A DNA stretch of 64,000 nucleotides, from the NCBI GenBank assembly GCA_013265495.1, contig MU058781.1, forward strand, positions 11,949,009-12,013,008. Reading direction: 5' to 3'. The notes under the pieces are model-generated. The model made no database searches and had not been told where the DNA came from. It saw only the letters and a list, made by a program, of their open reading frames with translations. Below, in pieces: positions 38,525-52,480 of this stretch. Every line of letters starts with the position of its first letter. The stretch's first letter is position 1. Position numbers and translations under genes: made by a program. The stretch comes from Vicugna vicugna. Its lineage: Eukaryota.

Positions 38525-38735
38525 GGGTACATAGTATGGTGGTTAAGAGCACGGACCCTTGAGTCAGGTGCCTCATGGCTCTGGGCAAGTTGTTTCAGTT
38601 TTCTGTGCCTCAGTCTCTTCATCTTTAAACTGGAGAGAATAAGAGTGCCTTCTTTACAGTTGTAAGGATAAATGAATTAACATGTGTGTGCTTTGAAAAA
38701 TATTTTTCGTATTATAGATACTATGTGTTAGCTTT
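38525..38735 (+). mobile_element. MIR
   Basis: ggtggttaagagcacggaccc...ctgggcaagttgtttcagttttctgtgcctcagtctcttcatct. Confidence 0.8.
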
Positions 38736-39451
38736 AATTAGTATCATTAATGGAAGTCATAGTAATAACACATTTCATTATGATTGTACAGCTTTGCTTT
38801 GATCTGTTTTAGCCATTTCTTTCCTTTTTTTTTTTTTTTTTTCAAATTCACATGTAAATAGTCTTCATCCAGTGGATCAGTAATCAATACCTTAGCCTCA
38901 CTAGGAGCATGCAGCTTTGAACCCGCTGGGATAAAGACTGTTCTGTTACTAAGCAAGGAGGGTTGCCAGTTTCATAATCATGGCCCTTGGTGCGTGAAGT
39001 CCCACATACCTAAGATAGTGATTTTGATTTTTGTTAAAATATGGTGCTAGCAACTGTAGCCTTTAAATTCGATGATTAGGGCAGTCAGTTTTGCATTCAT
39101 GAGTATTGCATGGAATTAGAACTGATAGAGGGAAAAACCTATTGCCGTTTTCATGAAAAGTAGATTCAGTTCAGAATTTGTTTTTTAAGTTATGGAGGGG
39201 CTAGATAATACCATTAATAGCATTCTGCAATGTGTCTTTAAAGGGGCAGCTATATATTTTCTTTTGAATGAGGCTTTGACTAATCAAGATGAGCCATATT
39301 CTAGCTATGGCTTTACAGATTCTCTAATGAGGATATGTGCTAGTGTAAATAGATTGGTTCTTAACAAATATATAATATGTAGATTATTATTGCAAAGAAC
39401 ATGTCTCTCTTTTTAGATTTCACCCTAGCTATTCTAGTGTTAAGTGTTTGA

Positions 39452-39619
<168 letters not shown>

Positions 39620-39846
39620 TGACCGTTGATGTTGGAATTACGAGAGGATTAGGGTGTTTTAATTTAGCCGTGCCTGAAGAATAGTAAAAGGCTTTGTTGT
39701 AATTATGCTATAAAGGCTGCTGATGCTCTTGTTGGCTTCTGAGTCTTTCCACCCTTCGGGGAAAATACTCATGCTAAAATTTTATTATCTGATGAACTAT
39801 TTTTGAAGCGATACAAATGGCTAGGAGGATATTATTTTTAAACAGT

Positions 39847-40383
39847 TGTATTGGTTTTCTTTTGCCACGTAACAAATCACCACAAATGTGGCAGCTTAAG
39901 ATGACATGGATCTATTATCACACAGTTTCTTTGGGCCAGTAGTCTGGCTACAGGTTAGCTGGATTCCCTCCTCAGCCTTCTGAGGCTGAAATCAAGTTGT
40001 CAGCTGGACTTTGATCTTATTTGTGATGTGAGGTCTTCCTCAAGCACATTGGTTGTTGGCAGAATTAATTTCCTGAGACTGTAGGACTAGGTCACCATTT
40101 TCTTATTTGCTGCCAGGCTGGGACCACTCCCAGCACCTGGAGGCTGTGTTCAGGTCCTTGCCATGTGGACCCCTCCTTTTAGACAGCTCACCTGTTTGGG
40201 TCAGACCCACCCAGGACAGTCTCCCTTTTGATAACTCAGGGTCAACTGATTAGTACCCTAATCACATCCATGATATCCCATCATATTCATTGGTCTGCCC
40301 CACACACTTGAGGAAATCTTATAGGATGTTACCAGGGCAGGGCAGGGAATCTTGAGGACCGTCTTACAATTCTCCCTATCACA
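39847..40383 (-). mobile_element. MLT1-type MaLR solo LTR
   Basis: tgtattggttttc...gtaacaaatcaccacaaatgtggcagcttaa...ctatcaca; TG..CA ends; 5-bp TSD acagt/aaagt. Confidence 0.85.
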
Positions 40384-41194
40384 AAAGTCTTTTAGTATTT
40401 AACAAGACTTCAATGTGAGAACAGAGAGAAGTTGAAGGACTAGATTTCTTGATGAGGCGAAAGATGGTTTCGTTGAAGTGTTTGCATGAGTAGAGGGACG
40501 AGTCAGGTTTAGGGAGTGAAACTTGAGAATTTGAATTCTCAGTAGGAGAACACTAATGGGCGAGGTTTAAGAAGAAATAGCTTTATCTCTAGAGGGAACA
40601 CTTTGTTTTCATTATCTGTTGCAGATGTTTTCCAGCTCTGTTGAATAAGGGCCTTTCATCTTGTGATGTTATATATTTGATGAGGATTAATTATTAAAGT
40701 AAACTGAAGATACTGATAGAGACACTCAGTTCTGCTTTTTTGTTCCTGATATTGACATTGTTCTTTATTGAAAAAGATACCTGTGTGGTATCCAAGCAAA
40801 CATTTGAAGCGGAACTTTCACAGCATTTGAAGTAGTTAATCTAAGGGAAGGTTGAGACTGAATTGGAGCACTAGATCACATGAAAGACACTCTTCTAGAT
40901 ATAGAAGGCAAAGCTGAAAATGATGGAGACATCTCCCTGGAATAGAAGCTTCTCTGGGGTTTAGTATCTTCTTTAGGAAAAACAAGTGTTCTCTCCCTTG
41001 GTCAAATGCTACAAAGAGGTGAATATAACAGAATGGAAACGGTGTAGATCATCTTTTATAGACAGGAAGGCTGTTTTGCTTTTGTTTTTAAGACGGAAGG
41101 GACTCAGACATATTTATCTACTGACAGGACGAAATCAGTAGTTGTTAAATGCAGTTACCTAAGGACGTGAAATCCAGAGTGCAGTAGACTGGAA

Positions 41195-41690
41195 AGGGAT
41201 ACTCCTTAGTCATCAGGGAAATGCAAATTCCAGCTGCATTGAGATACCACTTCACAGCCAGTAGTTTGGCTATAACCAAAGTAAGTCTTGGAGCGGATGT
41301 GCGAAATGGGAACTCATGCATTACTAGAGGGGGTATAAAACGGTGCAGCCTCTTTGGATTCTGGTTAGACAGTTGCTTAAAAAGTTGAACACAAATTTGC
41401 TGTATGACCCAGCAGTACCACTCCTAGGTATTGCCCAAGAGAAATGAAACATCTGTCCACACAAAGACTTGTGAAATGACTGTTGATAGCTGTGTTCTGC
41501 CTGATAGCCCCAAAGTGGAAAAAACCCCAATGCCCATCGCTGGTGAGGGGATAAACAAAGTGTGGTGTATCTGTACAGTGGAGCCCTGCCCAGCAGTACG
41601 AGACAACGAATGAAGCACTGATACTGCGTGGCATGGCTGAACCTCAAAAACATCATGTTCAGTGAGAGTAACCAGACCCTAAAGACCTCT
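41195..41690 (+). mobile_element. Old L1 fragment (ORF2 3' end)
   Basis: tagtcatcagggaaatgcaaatt...tatgacccagcagtaccactcctaggtattgcccaagagaaatgaaaca. Confidence 0.85.
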
Positions 41691-42286
41691 CCTAGTGTTT
41701 GGGTTTGGGAGATTGTGCAGGAAGGATGAATCTCAGGCCCTTCATCTCCTTTTCTGTCGAGTTCCTCTGGGGTGCAGCCCTACCGGACAGCCTGCCGCTC
41801 AAGTTAGTGTTACCTGTTGGACCCTTGCCCTCGGTGAAAACTTCTACGACAGCACACACTTCATTCTGCTGCGCTGTAATCAGATGAGGGCGTTTCTCCC
41901 CCAGTGTAATTCTCATCCCTACTCCTTGTCCCTCATTCTCGCTCACCTCCTAAGACACCGCATCTAAGACCTTATACATAATCAGTAAATATTTTCTTTG
42001 AATTTTGAGTCTGCTTTCATTTACTCCAATTCCCTTTGGTGGTTTCTTTCATTGCAGTTGAAAACCACGGCACAGTTTACAGAGACTTCTTTTGTGTGGA
42101 GTCAGAAAAGAGTGTTCAGAGCTGACGTTTCCCTGCTTTTTCCGTCCACATTCCTACCTTGGTGACCTGATTTTGTAGGTGATCTTTTGACCTACCTGCA
42201 GCCCATTCACAGGTGTCAGAACCATGAATCATTCCAAGGATGCTTTCCTCTCCGGGGTGTTTTCTGCTCACATACACTCAAGTTTT

Positions 42287-42393
42287 TGTTTTTGCTTTTT
42301 TTAAATTGAGTCTTTTTTTTTCAGTTGAAATATAGTCAGTTTACAATGTTGTGTCAATTTCTGGTGTGCAGTGTAATAGTTCAGTCATACATA
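42287..42393 (-). mobile_element. Short L1 3' end, same family as 3984-4096
   Basis: tacaatgttgtgtcaatttctggtgtgcag; 18-bp TSD cacatac(a/g)ctcaagtttt at 42269-42286 and 42394-42411. Confidence 0.82.
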
Positions 42394-43242
42394 CACATAC
42401 GCTCAAGTTTTGACACTCCTGCAAATACTTTCTCAAGCTAGGACTTTCCGTGTTTCTGCCCCTTCTAGGTGCCTCTGTCGCTGTGTTTCCCAGCACTCTT
42501 GGACAGCTGCTAGCACCCGTGTTTCCCACCTTTCTCCACTCTTGGGACTGAACCTCCCAGACACAAATTCTTTATAGGTTTTCTCCATCCAGGTGAACTG
42601 TCTGAAGATGATTGATAGCCTTTCTGCTCCTGGATGGAAATCCCACAAGAAATCCAACTGAGTGTAAAATACTGATAAGAATTTCAGAACAGGGAAACAT
42701 TCTCATGACTTTGGTTTCTGAGCTTTTCCACTGAAAACAATCAAAAGCACGGGGGATGAGTTTTGTAACTGAATTGTGTAGTCTAGAAAAGAGACAGAGC
42801 CAGGGAAGATTATTTACAAGGAAACTCAAAGAAACACCAGGCAGTTTGGCAGGCCAGAATTCTGAGGAATTGAAACACCAAGTGGAATCTGATTTTGCAC
42901 CTGAACCATCCTCCCAGGGACTTTTTTGGAAACTCTCAGAGAGAGTTTATCTCCTTGCTTTGTGATACAAATGATGCAACAAGTCCCTGATACTTATAGC
43001 TCCGTCACCTTGTCATGTTCATATGCAAAGGACAGGCAGTGTCATGGGGCATGTGTGGGAGGAGGTTGAAGTGTGATTTAGGAAGCAGGGGTGTAGCGTG
43101 TGTGGGTAGTGCTTCAAATGAGAGATGCCCTGCTCTCTCTCTGAAAGAGCCACCAAGGCAGTGACCAGACCACACACCAAGCTCTTCTTGTCCTGTCTGC
43201 AGGGCCAGGCCTGTTCCCCAGCTCGCTCTTGGCCTTCTGACC

Positions 43243-43495
43243 CAGTGTGTTTCCACATTGTATGAAAAGACCCATTAGCTGCCCATGAAATCAGTTTAGT
43301 AGTTCAGAAGGTGCATTTCTTTTTAAAAAAGAAGAAATAGAACAGAATAGAAAATAGAGTGACGTGTTCAGGAAAGCTTGAGTTTTAGTTTTCTAATATG
43401 TGTGTGTGTGTTTATTTTGGTATGAGGTTCCTACATCACGCTGTCTCATCTATTTCTGTAAGTGGGTCACGGTAGAAAAAGCTTGAATGTCCCTG
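43243..43495 (+). mobile_element. MER112-like hAT-Charlie MITE
   Basis: cagtgtgtttccaca...gacccattag...catgaaatcagtttagt...aatagaacagaatagaaaata...gtgggtcacggtagaaaaagcttgaatgtccctg. Confidence 0.7.
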
Positions 43496-44004
43496 CTCTA
43501 GCTGAACTTTATTAACTAGTCCTCTGGACTGACCTAGTATCTGAATCAGAGTGTTTCAGTCATTGCCTCCTGACTAATCCTTTGGATCTGATGAATTTTT
43601 GGATCCAAGTTGAGTGTTTTCGGGGAATACAGCTCTTCTCTCTCCGCTCATTTCACACGCTTTCCTTCCCTAAATGTTACAAACTCCATGTTCTCTTCTT
43701 AGGTACCCTTCTCAGTTACCCTAAATTTTAGGATCTTAGCCTTGTCAGGAATGTCTGTCCTTATTTCTTCCCTTCGCTTTGTCCTAAATTTAATTATTTT
43801 GTTTAAAGATAATTTAGAATCCTGTCTTGGAGTGTTTTTTTTTTGGGAAATGTTGACCTGAAGCATCCAAATATTTTTTTCCCACCCACCTGGTGGTGGT
43901 TTAGATATGATCTTCTAAATAAGACAAGAGAAGTAGATTCTGGAATTGCAGCTTACATTTTGGGGTGCTATATAGATCTTCCACATCTCAGTGTGTACCT
44001 GTGG

Positions 44005-44220
44005 GTTCTGGAGTCAGAATACATGGGCTCCAATCTGGGCTTCGCCACTTTCTAGCTGAGTTTCCTTGGACAAGTTACCTGACTTCTCTAAACCTCAGAC
44101 TCCTCATCTTTAAAATAATAATAGCACCTACCACGTAACGGCATACCAAGGATTGAATGAGATAACACACAAAAGCTATAAGAATAGCCTGTCACATACT
44201 GTGCACTAAAAAATGTCAAC
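44005..44220 (+). mobile_element. MIR, followed by an opposite-orientation MIR core at about 44230-44340
   Basis: tctggagtcagaatacatgggctccaatctgggcttcgccact...ccttggacaagttacctgacttctctaaacctcag. Confidence 0.8.
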
Positions 44221-46582
44221 TTTTACCACCTTACTTGATTCATACAATAATCTTGTGAAGTTAAATAGTGCAAATGTTATTATTTCCCTTTTATAAATGA
44301 GGAAACAGTATTTACATCATTTGGAAAAGCTTACAGAGTCGTACCTAACACTAATTGTTCAGACTCCTGTCAAGGATTCCCCAAGTAATCAAACGATCAG
44401 TCTCTTCTACTATGGTTCGGATTTTCTAATTTGGCTGTCTAGATTTCCTTTGGAAGTGGAAGGAAATAATTTTGAGTATGCGATCTGGGAAACATTGACT
44501 TATTCCATAGCACATCAATAAATCTTAAATAATCACTTTGATATTCAAAGATGCCAGATGCCAGGTTTCTGCATGACAGCTACCAACGAGAAAGTACTTT
44601 TCTTGAGAGTTATGATTTCATATTTAATTGATATTTTTGTGGTTATACAAGGGAAAACAATTTTTTAAAAAAACTGCATAGATTGGAATTTTAGGGCTTT
44701 TCAAAAATTAAGCATGTTGACCTTGTTTTTTTCCACTGGTCTTTTATTTTCTGTATTCCTAGTTCTTGAATCTCTTTCAGCCTGATTTTTGAAATGGAAA
44801 TATTCTATTGTATTTTATTTATTAATTTAGTTTTTTTTTAGTGTTTCTGACCTCTCCATAGGAATTAGTAGAAATCTAAAGGTTTTACTTTCACCTGTGT
44901 TCTAACATCTACAATGTTCAAATCTATGTGCTTTCTAACAGACAAGAAGGAGGCTGTTTGTTTCCCTGTATCATCTTGCTAGAACTCCATAGACTGGATT
45001 TTATTAAATTACTAGTATTACACTTTCAATTGATGAGTACTTATCATAAACCCTTTTTTCCTACCATGTGAATCATACTGTTTCTAGAATATCAAAGTGT
45101 TAAGAGTTTTATATGTTTCTGTCATAGGGCTTTAAGTACATGCATGATTAATGGGTTAGATCTGCAGCATCAAATTTAATTTCCTGTCTTTGTAAGTGAA
45201 TAACATCAGATGGTCAATTATAATACTAAACATTTTATAATTACTTTTTTATTAGTCATAAATATTTCAAAGCAGAAGGAGCTGTAATAGTTTCATTTTG
45301 AGAGGAGAAATAAAAATTAGACCATTATTTACTTCTAAATTTGACACATACTAAAACAAAAATAAATCACAGGAAGGGTTATTCATCTAGTTAAGTCTCC
45401 AAATGAAAGCTTTGGGTGATAAATTTTGTTTTGAGTCACAGCTCTAAAGGCTAAGTTTTGTTTTATTTTGGGGACAGGATCGAATACTTTTGGCCAAAAG
45501 TTGAAAAGTCTCCTCGGTCCTTTCTTTGTGAGGAAATGTTTTCTTGATGATCAGTTTCTTCCATGACACTATTGAGTAACTAGCTTCAGAAAGTACAGGG
45601 CAGGTTAAGTGTTTTGTTTTGTTTTTTCCTAAGATTTTGGCTGCCAGCCGCCCTCAATTTATTCATGTTGCCAAGATCCCATTTCTGACGTCTCCCAGAG
45701 TGGAGGGCCCTTTGTGCCATAATCTGTTTTATCAGAAATCAATTTAGTTTTTTCATTTTCAAAAAAAATGAACAATACAAACTCCAGTTAGGCCTTTCAT
45801 TCCATTAGCACTTAGCAAGGGTGTCTCTTTAAAAAGAACTATCATGTATTTATGACTTGTGGCTGCCTAGGAAACTGAAACAAAATATTTTTGTCAAGAA
45901 AGAAAGAAGCTAGGAACTTAGTGTAGAATTAGATAAAAAAATACTTGAACCGGACAATCTTGTATCTGTGTCTTTGGTTCTTTTTACCTTTAATCCTGTT
46001 TACCTTTAGTCCTTCTTTTTCCTTTTGGTGAATTATCAAACCTGTCTTCACCTTTATTCTAATTCAGGAGTTCACTTTTTATTATTTTCACTACTTAGTG
46101 TTTGATAGTTCTATTTCTAGAGAAAAATCCTTTTGGATTTTCATCTACCTTCCTTTTAAAAAGAAAGTTTATGATCAAGGAATGAACAGATGGATGGGTG
46201 TCACCAGTAGCATAAAATAATTGTTCCTTTCTGGCCTTGCATTTAAGTATAGGCATTTATAGTTTTACACGATGTTACCGGTGTGTCTGACACAAAAGAA
46301 AATATTGACAGTTTAAAAATTACCATCTTCTCAAAGAACAAAGCAGAACAACTCGAGTCAACCTGAGTGCAATAAGTTTGAAGTTTAGTGGTAGGTTTTA
46401 ACTTTGATCTAATGATATTTTTAGCATGATTTGGAGATATGTAATTTTTTTTAACATTGTAGTAGCATATATTTTTTGCTAAGTGAAAAAAGACATGAAA
46501 GAATTGGTTAAGAGTAGGCAATGATAACTCTTTTACTTGTAATTAAAGTAAAACTCTGAGAGCCTTCCCTCTTACGTACCTA

Positions 46583-47590
46583 ATTTTTTAAAAGAGACTT
46601 AATTTTTTTAAGGTTAGTTTTAGGTTCACAGCAAAATTGAGAAGATACAGAGATTTCCCATGTACTCCCTGTCCCTACAAATGGGGAGCCTCCCCTATTA
46701 TCAGTATCTATCACCAGACTGATACATTTGTTACAATTGATGACCCTACCTTGACACATACCATCAGGGAAGTCCACAGTTTTCACTAGGGTTCACTCTT
46801 GGTGTTGTACAACCTGTGGGATGGGACAAATGTGTGATAACATGCACCCATCACTATAGCTTTATACAGAGTATTTTCACTACCCGAGAAGTTCTGTACC
46901 TATTTATCCTCCTCCTCATGCCCCCGCCCCACACCCAACCCCTGTCAGTCACTGATCTTTCTACTATCTCTATAGTTTTGCCTTTTCCAGAATTTCATAT
47001 AGTTTTCAACTCCTTTGGGTAAATACCAAGGGATGTGATTGCTGGCTCACACAGTAATGATATGTTTAGTTTTGTAAGGAACCACCAAACTGTCTTCCAA
47101 GGTGGCCATACCATTTTGCATTCTCCCCAGCAATGAATGAGAGTTCCTCTTGCTCCACATCTTGGCCAGCATTTGGTATTGTCAGTGTTTCAGGTTTTCG
47201 CCATCCTAATAGGTGTCTAGTAGTATCTTATTGTTGTTTTAACTGATGACAGTGATGTGGAGCATCTTTTCATATGCTTATTAGCCATCTGTCTATCTTT
47301 GGTGAGATGTCTGTTAAGGTCTTGGCTTATTTTAAAACTAGCTTGTTCATTTTCTTAGTGTTGAGTTTTAAGAGTTCTTTGTATATTTCGAATAACAGTC
47401 CTTTATCAGATGTGCCTTTTTGCAAAGATTTCCTCTCAGTCTGTGGCTTGTCCTGTCTTTCGACATTGTCTTTTGCAGAGCAGAACTTTTCAATTTTAAT
47501 GAAGCCCAGCTTACCGATGATTTCTTTCATGGACTGTGCCTTTGGTGTTGTATCTAAAAAGTCACTGCAATACCCACAGTTAGAGGTTTT
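46583..47590 (-). mobile_element. Old L1 (L1MC-like) fragment
   Basis: ttttaggttcacagcaaaattgag 3' UTR; minus ORF 47327..47530 = ORF2-like KLGFIKIEKFCSAKD...SDKGLLFEIYKELLKLN. Confidence 0.88.
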
Positions 47591-48467
47591 TTCCCTCTTT
47601 TATCTTCCATACCTAATTTTTTGAAGTAATTGTTTTCATTGACGAATAATGTACATTCAGAAAAGTCCGTAGATCCCAAGTTTTTACCGTAATGAATTTT
47701 TACAAACTTCTCGGTGCCTGCGGTTTGAGACTCAGTCTGTGGGACCATGTGGTTAAAACTGTTTTAGGATTCTTCCCCAAAGCATGCCCCCGGGGGGTGA
47801 TAACTCAGGTGCAGCAGGAGGTTGGTTGAAGGACCTATAGGAAGAGCATACATTCATGTATTACTTATTTCCTTCCAGAAAAGAGTCTACATTCATTGCA
47901 ATCTTTGGATGAATGAGCTGATATTCATGGTGCCCCACTCTGGCCATTAAATTTAGAGACCGATTTTTAATACTGTAAATTCCTTGGGAGTTATTTTATG
48001 TTATGAAACCTACCTTTAAGAAATTGGAACAAGCCTGATGCTTTGTCTGAGGTTGTTAGCCATAAGCCAATTAAATATTGGAATACATATGCTAAAGGGA
48101 AGCTGTTACCTGAATAGTTAATATCACATTTTTTTTCTTGGCAATAATTAAATAGCATGCATCTGCTCACCCAGAAAAGTGATCAACTCATTAAGACAGT
48201 TTAAAAAGAAGAGGGAGGCAGACTTATATCATTCTTCCCAAGAGTATTTGCATTTGAAAAAGGACTATGAGGAGAGGATAACACTTGGTCCAAAGAAAAA
48301 CATCTCTAATGGTAAAGTTTTGATACTTGTTATGCTTTTCTACCCTATAGGAAAGGAGAGTAGTGGTGAAACAAAGAAAAGGAGGCATGATGGTAGATGA
48401 TTAGAAAACAAGGTCTAATATTAGGAAGAAAAAGTGATCACTTAAATTTGAATCATACTTAAGTTAG

Positions 48468-48665
<198 letters not shown>

Positions 48666-48739
48666 TAATATTTCTGCTGTAGCGTGCTACCTGAAATGGT
48701 TAGAATTATTACTCAGTTATGTATGTGCATTTAAAAATA

Positions 48740-48932
48740 CAGTTTGCTCTTGGACACTGTGGTTTGCACTTCCTTGGTCCACTTACATGTGGATATTTTT
48801 CAGTAGTAAATACTGTATAATACTACACGATCCATGGTTGGTTGAATCCCCAGAAGTGGAGGAATCGTGGCTGTAGAGAGCTGACAGCAAGTTATATACA
48901 GATTAGTTCCTGTGTTGTTCAGGGGTCCACTG
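48740..48932 (-). mobile_element. MER8-like Tigger MITE
   Basis: TA|cagtttgctcttggacactgtgg ... tgtgttgttcaggggtccactg|TA TIRs; internal tactacacgatccatggttggttgaatcc. Confidence 0.8.
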
Positions 48933-49169
48933 TATATGTATTGTAGAACTATGACAGTTTTAAGACAAGGAACTTATATACTTGGAATTCTGCTGTTTTG
49001 CAGTGAAATGCTTTCAGAGTAGAGAATAATTCTGACGCATACATTGCAGTCTCCAGCTTTTTAAACTCTGAGTCAGTGAACACTCACCTGGCTGCCTCCT
49101 GCCTCCTGGCTCACATTCCTAGAGGCAGCTGGTAGTGTTTGCTGTTTTGTTTTTTATTTAGCAACGTTC

Positions 49170-49275
49170 TTTTGTTTGTTTGTTTTTTTTGAAGTGTAAT
49201 TGACGTACAACACTGCGTTAGTTCCAGGTGCACAGCATAGCGGTTTAATACTTCTATATGTTAAAAAGGATCACC
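49170..49275 (-). mobile_element. Short L1 3' end fragment
   Basis: poly-T then gaagtgtaattgacgtacaacactgcgttagttccaggtgcacagcatag. Confidence 0.7.
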
Positions 49276-49570
49276 ACTGTTTGCGTTTCTCTTGGTTCAT
49301 CCTTGGAAGAACATCAGCATTTCCTTCTTCCTTGTGCCTGAGACTGCCCTGTCACAGTCACCTCTGTAGCTCTACCCCCTCTATTTCCTGTCCTGAAAAT
49401 TGCCTTTCCTTCCCCAGGTGCTTTCCTGCCTCCACTCACCCTCCTCTCATCTATCCAGTTCTGTTATTATTTTGCCACATCAGCACATCTGTAATAATAT
49501 TTGAAATATCCCTTCATACCTTGTGCCTTTGTGCATTCTTCGTATTCTGCTTGAAAAGTTTTTTTTCATC

Positions 49571-50528
49571 TGATGTAGGGAAGACCTCAGTTTCCCCCTT
49601 CCTTCTGTGTTTCCCTTTCCTGTGTGTCTCCTTTACTATTCACACAAAACATTTCAGTCTGACACTTCCGATCACCAGATTAATGGAAGGCCCCCCTTCC
49701 CACTCCCTACCGCACACACACCAAGCAGTTCCCTGCAACGCTGGCTGGGTGTCCTACAGTTCAACTCAGTATCTACCTGGAGATGATATCAAATCCTACA
49801 GGTTAAGGGCTCAGCCCCACGAGACTGCTGTGCTCCCGCCACCCTCAACCTCTTTAGACAGTCTCAAGTCAAGGTTATCAGAGGTTCCAAAGACCCACTC
49901 CTTGGGTTTGATTAATTTGCTAGAGTGGTTCACAGAACTCAGGGAAACACTTCCTTACATTTGCTAGTTTATTGAAGGATATGATAAAGGATGCAGGTGA
50001 ACAGCCAGATGAAGAGATACATAGGGTGAGGTCTGGGAGGGTCCCGAGCACAAGAGCTTCAGTTCCTGTGGAGTTGGAGTGCATAACCCTCCTGGTTGGA
50101 ATGTGTTAATTAACCCAGAAGCTGTCCAGAATTCATGCTGTTGGGATGTTTATGGAGGCTTTGTCACGTAGGCATGATCAATTATAACTGCATTTCAGGC
50201 CTTCTCCCCTTTCTGAAGAAGTGTTGTGGGGTGGGGCTGAAAATTCCAAGCTTCTCATCATGGCTTGGTCTTTCTGGTGAGCAGCCCACATCCAGGAGCC
50301 CACCCAGAGTTGCCTCACTAGCACAAAAGATACTCCTAATGCTCTTATCACTTAGGAATTTATTGGAGTTTTAGGACACCTGTGTCAGGGTCAGAGTCAA
50401 AGACAAATATTAGAACAAGAGATGCTTCTAGCGCTCTTATCACCTAGAAAATCACAAGGGTTTTAGAGGCTCTGTGCTGGGAATGGGCATGGGGGCAGAG
50501 ACCAATATATATTTTCTATTATCTCACA
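49571..50528 (-). mobile_element. MER21-like solo LTR (about 960 bp)
   Basis: gctgggtgtcctacagttcaactca...atcctacaggttaagggctcag...aatttgctagagtggttcacagaactcagggaaaca; TG..CA ends; flanks catc/aatc. Confidence 0.85.
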
Positions 50529-50844
50529 AATCTCCAAATATTCTTGGAGAGCTTCAGTTTATTTTATAAAAACTTCATCTGTGATCATCTCTTCTGAGAT
50601 GTCATCCTATTCCTGAGGCCTCAACAGAATCAATTACTCTTTCCTTTGTGTTACTTCTAGATCACATCTAACACTATTGTGTAAATATTGTGTCTTCCCT
50701 ACTGCAAGGGGGCTCTCTTTGCTGCTTGTGTTTCTCATCTCCGTGTCTCCAGCACCTGGCACAGTGCCCAGACCGTTGTGGGTGTTTAATGAAAGTTTCT
50801 TCAATTGGATAATTTGCCGCTCCTTAAATACATCACTGTCTTTT

Positions 50845-51045
50845 GAGGGCAGTGTGTGTAGTGATTGTCAGTTCTCCAGCAGGTTGCCCAGATTTGAATC
50901 CATCCTAACTTTTTCACTTACTATGAATATGCTGCTACAATCTCTTGGTTCCTCAATTACTTTGTAATATGGAAATATAGGTATCTACTTCATCGGAGGT
51001 GGTGGGATTAAATGGGTTAATATGAATACAGTGTAGTTTTTGGCA
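50845..51045 (+). mobile_element. MIR, decayed
   Basis: gagggcagtgtgtgtagtgattg...gcccagatttgaatccatcc...ggattaaatgggttaata. Confidence 0.6.
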
Positions 51046-51689
51046 CAGAGGGGCATGCTACCCCTCCCCCCATCACCATCTTCCTTTTCTCCTCCTCCCC
51101 TCTGCTCCCCCTCCCCACCTCGCTGCTACTTCTGTAATGTTTTTATGTGCTTTTGAAACCTCAGAAAACCTCTCTCACCACACCCAGCACAGTAGAACTC
51201 GGTGCTCCTTTCTTGGTGTTTCACAGCACTTGGTAAATTCCTCTATTTTAGTGTGTTTCAGTTGTGTCCTAGCCTGGGAGTTTCTGGCTGCTGAGGGCTT
51301 TGCCTCATTCATTGCAGCATCCCTGGCACCTGGCGCACTGCAAGTTCTCACTGAATGTGTCATGGATGAGTAGATGAAGCAAAGCGGTCCAAAAATGATT
51401 TTATATCCATCCAGTCATACTTTCTTTTGGCCATACAGTTATACTAAGAGTGGTCTGGAATTGGGGTTAGTTCCATACATCCTGTGGTTTTATTTGCACA
51501 CATTTGTACCACACATTTAAGATTAAGGCATAAACGTAACTTTCCAAAGGGAAAGATTTCTCCAGGAGGCAGTGTTTTCTGTCCTGATGCCTGCAGTCAT
51601 CTATAGATCTTAAAGCTAAATGTGGTTCCTTTATGTTTTTACTGTTATATTTCAGCACGTTGGTTTTACAAAAACCATTTTCTGAAGAT

Positions 51690-52480
51690 TATCAGTGTAT
51701 TATATATTAATGGTAAAGATTTAGAAGACACTGAAAAATATAATTAAGAAAGCAAAAATTACTTGCAATGCTAGTACCAAACCATCACAAGGCTGTCACT
51801 GTTGACAGTTTGGTACCCATCCTTCCATACTGTTTTCTGCCTGTACATAGTTTATTTACATAATGCATATGTGCATTTATAGTGTGCTTACTATCACGTA
51901 AGCTTCCCCCTAACCCCTGTAACAATTGTGGTCTTTTGTGTCAGTAAAAACATGATCACTTTCAATGGCTTTGTGATAGTCCAGCATATGCAAATATTCC
52001 CTAATTTATTTAAATGATCTGTTGTATATTTGGATCATTTAAAATTCTTCAGTAGTGCAAAGAATGCTAACGTGACTTCTGTGTCTAATTATCAGTCATG
52101 TGTTAAGTTTCTTCTTAGGAGAAATTCCTGTGAGTAGAATTGCTAGATCAGAGTTGGCACAATTTTTTAAAAGCTGCTTCTGATATTTATTGTCAAGTTG
52201 TTCTCCATGTATTTTGTACAATTGTCTTTACACTCTCACCATCAGTGGATCATATTCTCTTTTTAAATTGTTTTTCAAGCACAGCAACAAGGGTTGTGAT
52301 ACTTTAATTTTAGTTTCTTCAGTTACTGCTTAGGCAACTTTTCCTACCTTGTTCCTTGGTCATTTGTATTTCTTTTGGAGGAAACTGCTAGATCCCTTCC
52401 TTTCTTACTCTTCTATTTACAGTGCTAGTTTATTTTCTTTATTCATATGAGTTCTCCACACATTAAAATTTTGGTCATTT
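51690..52480 (-). mobile_element. Highly decayed L1 (L1ME-like)
   Basis: tttcttcttaggagaaattcctgtgagtagaattgctagatcaga; tttacactctcaccatcagtg. Confidence 0.6.

Noticed and set aside
49200..49967. Longest ORF in the track (255 aa)
   Set aside because: Non-ATG start; runs across an L1 stub, pyrimidine-rich filler and the antisense of a MER21-like LTR; low-complexity peptide with no recognisable domain
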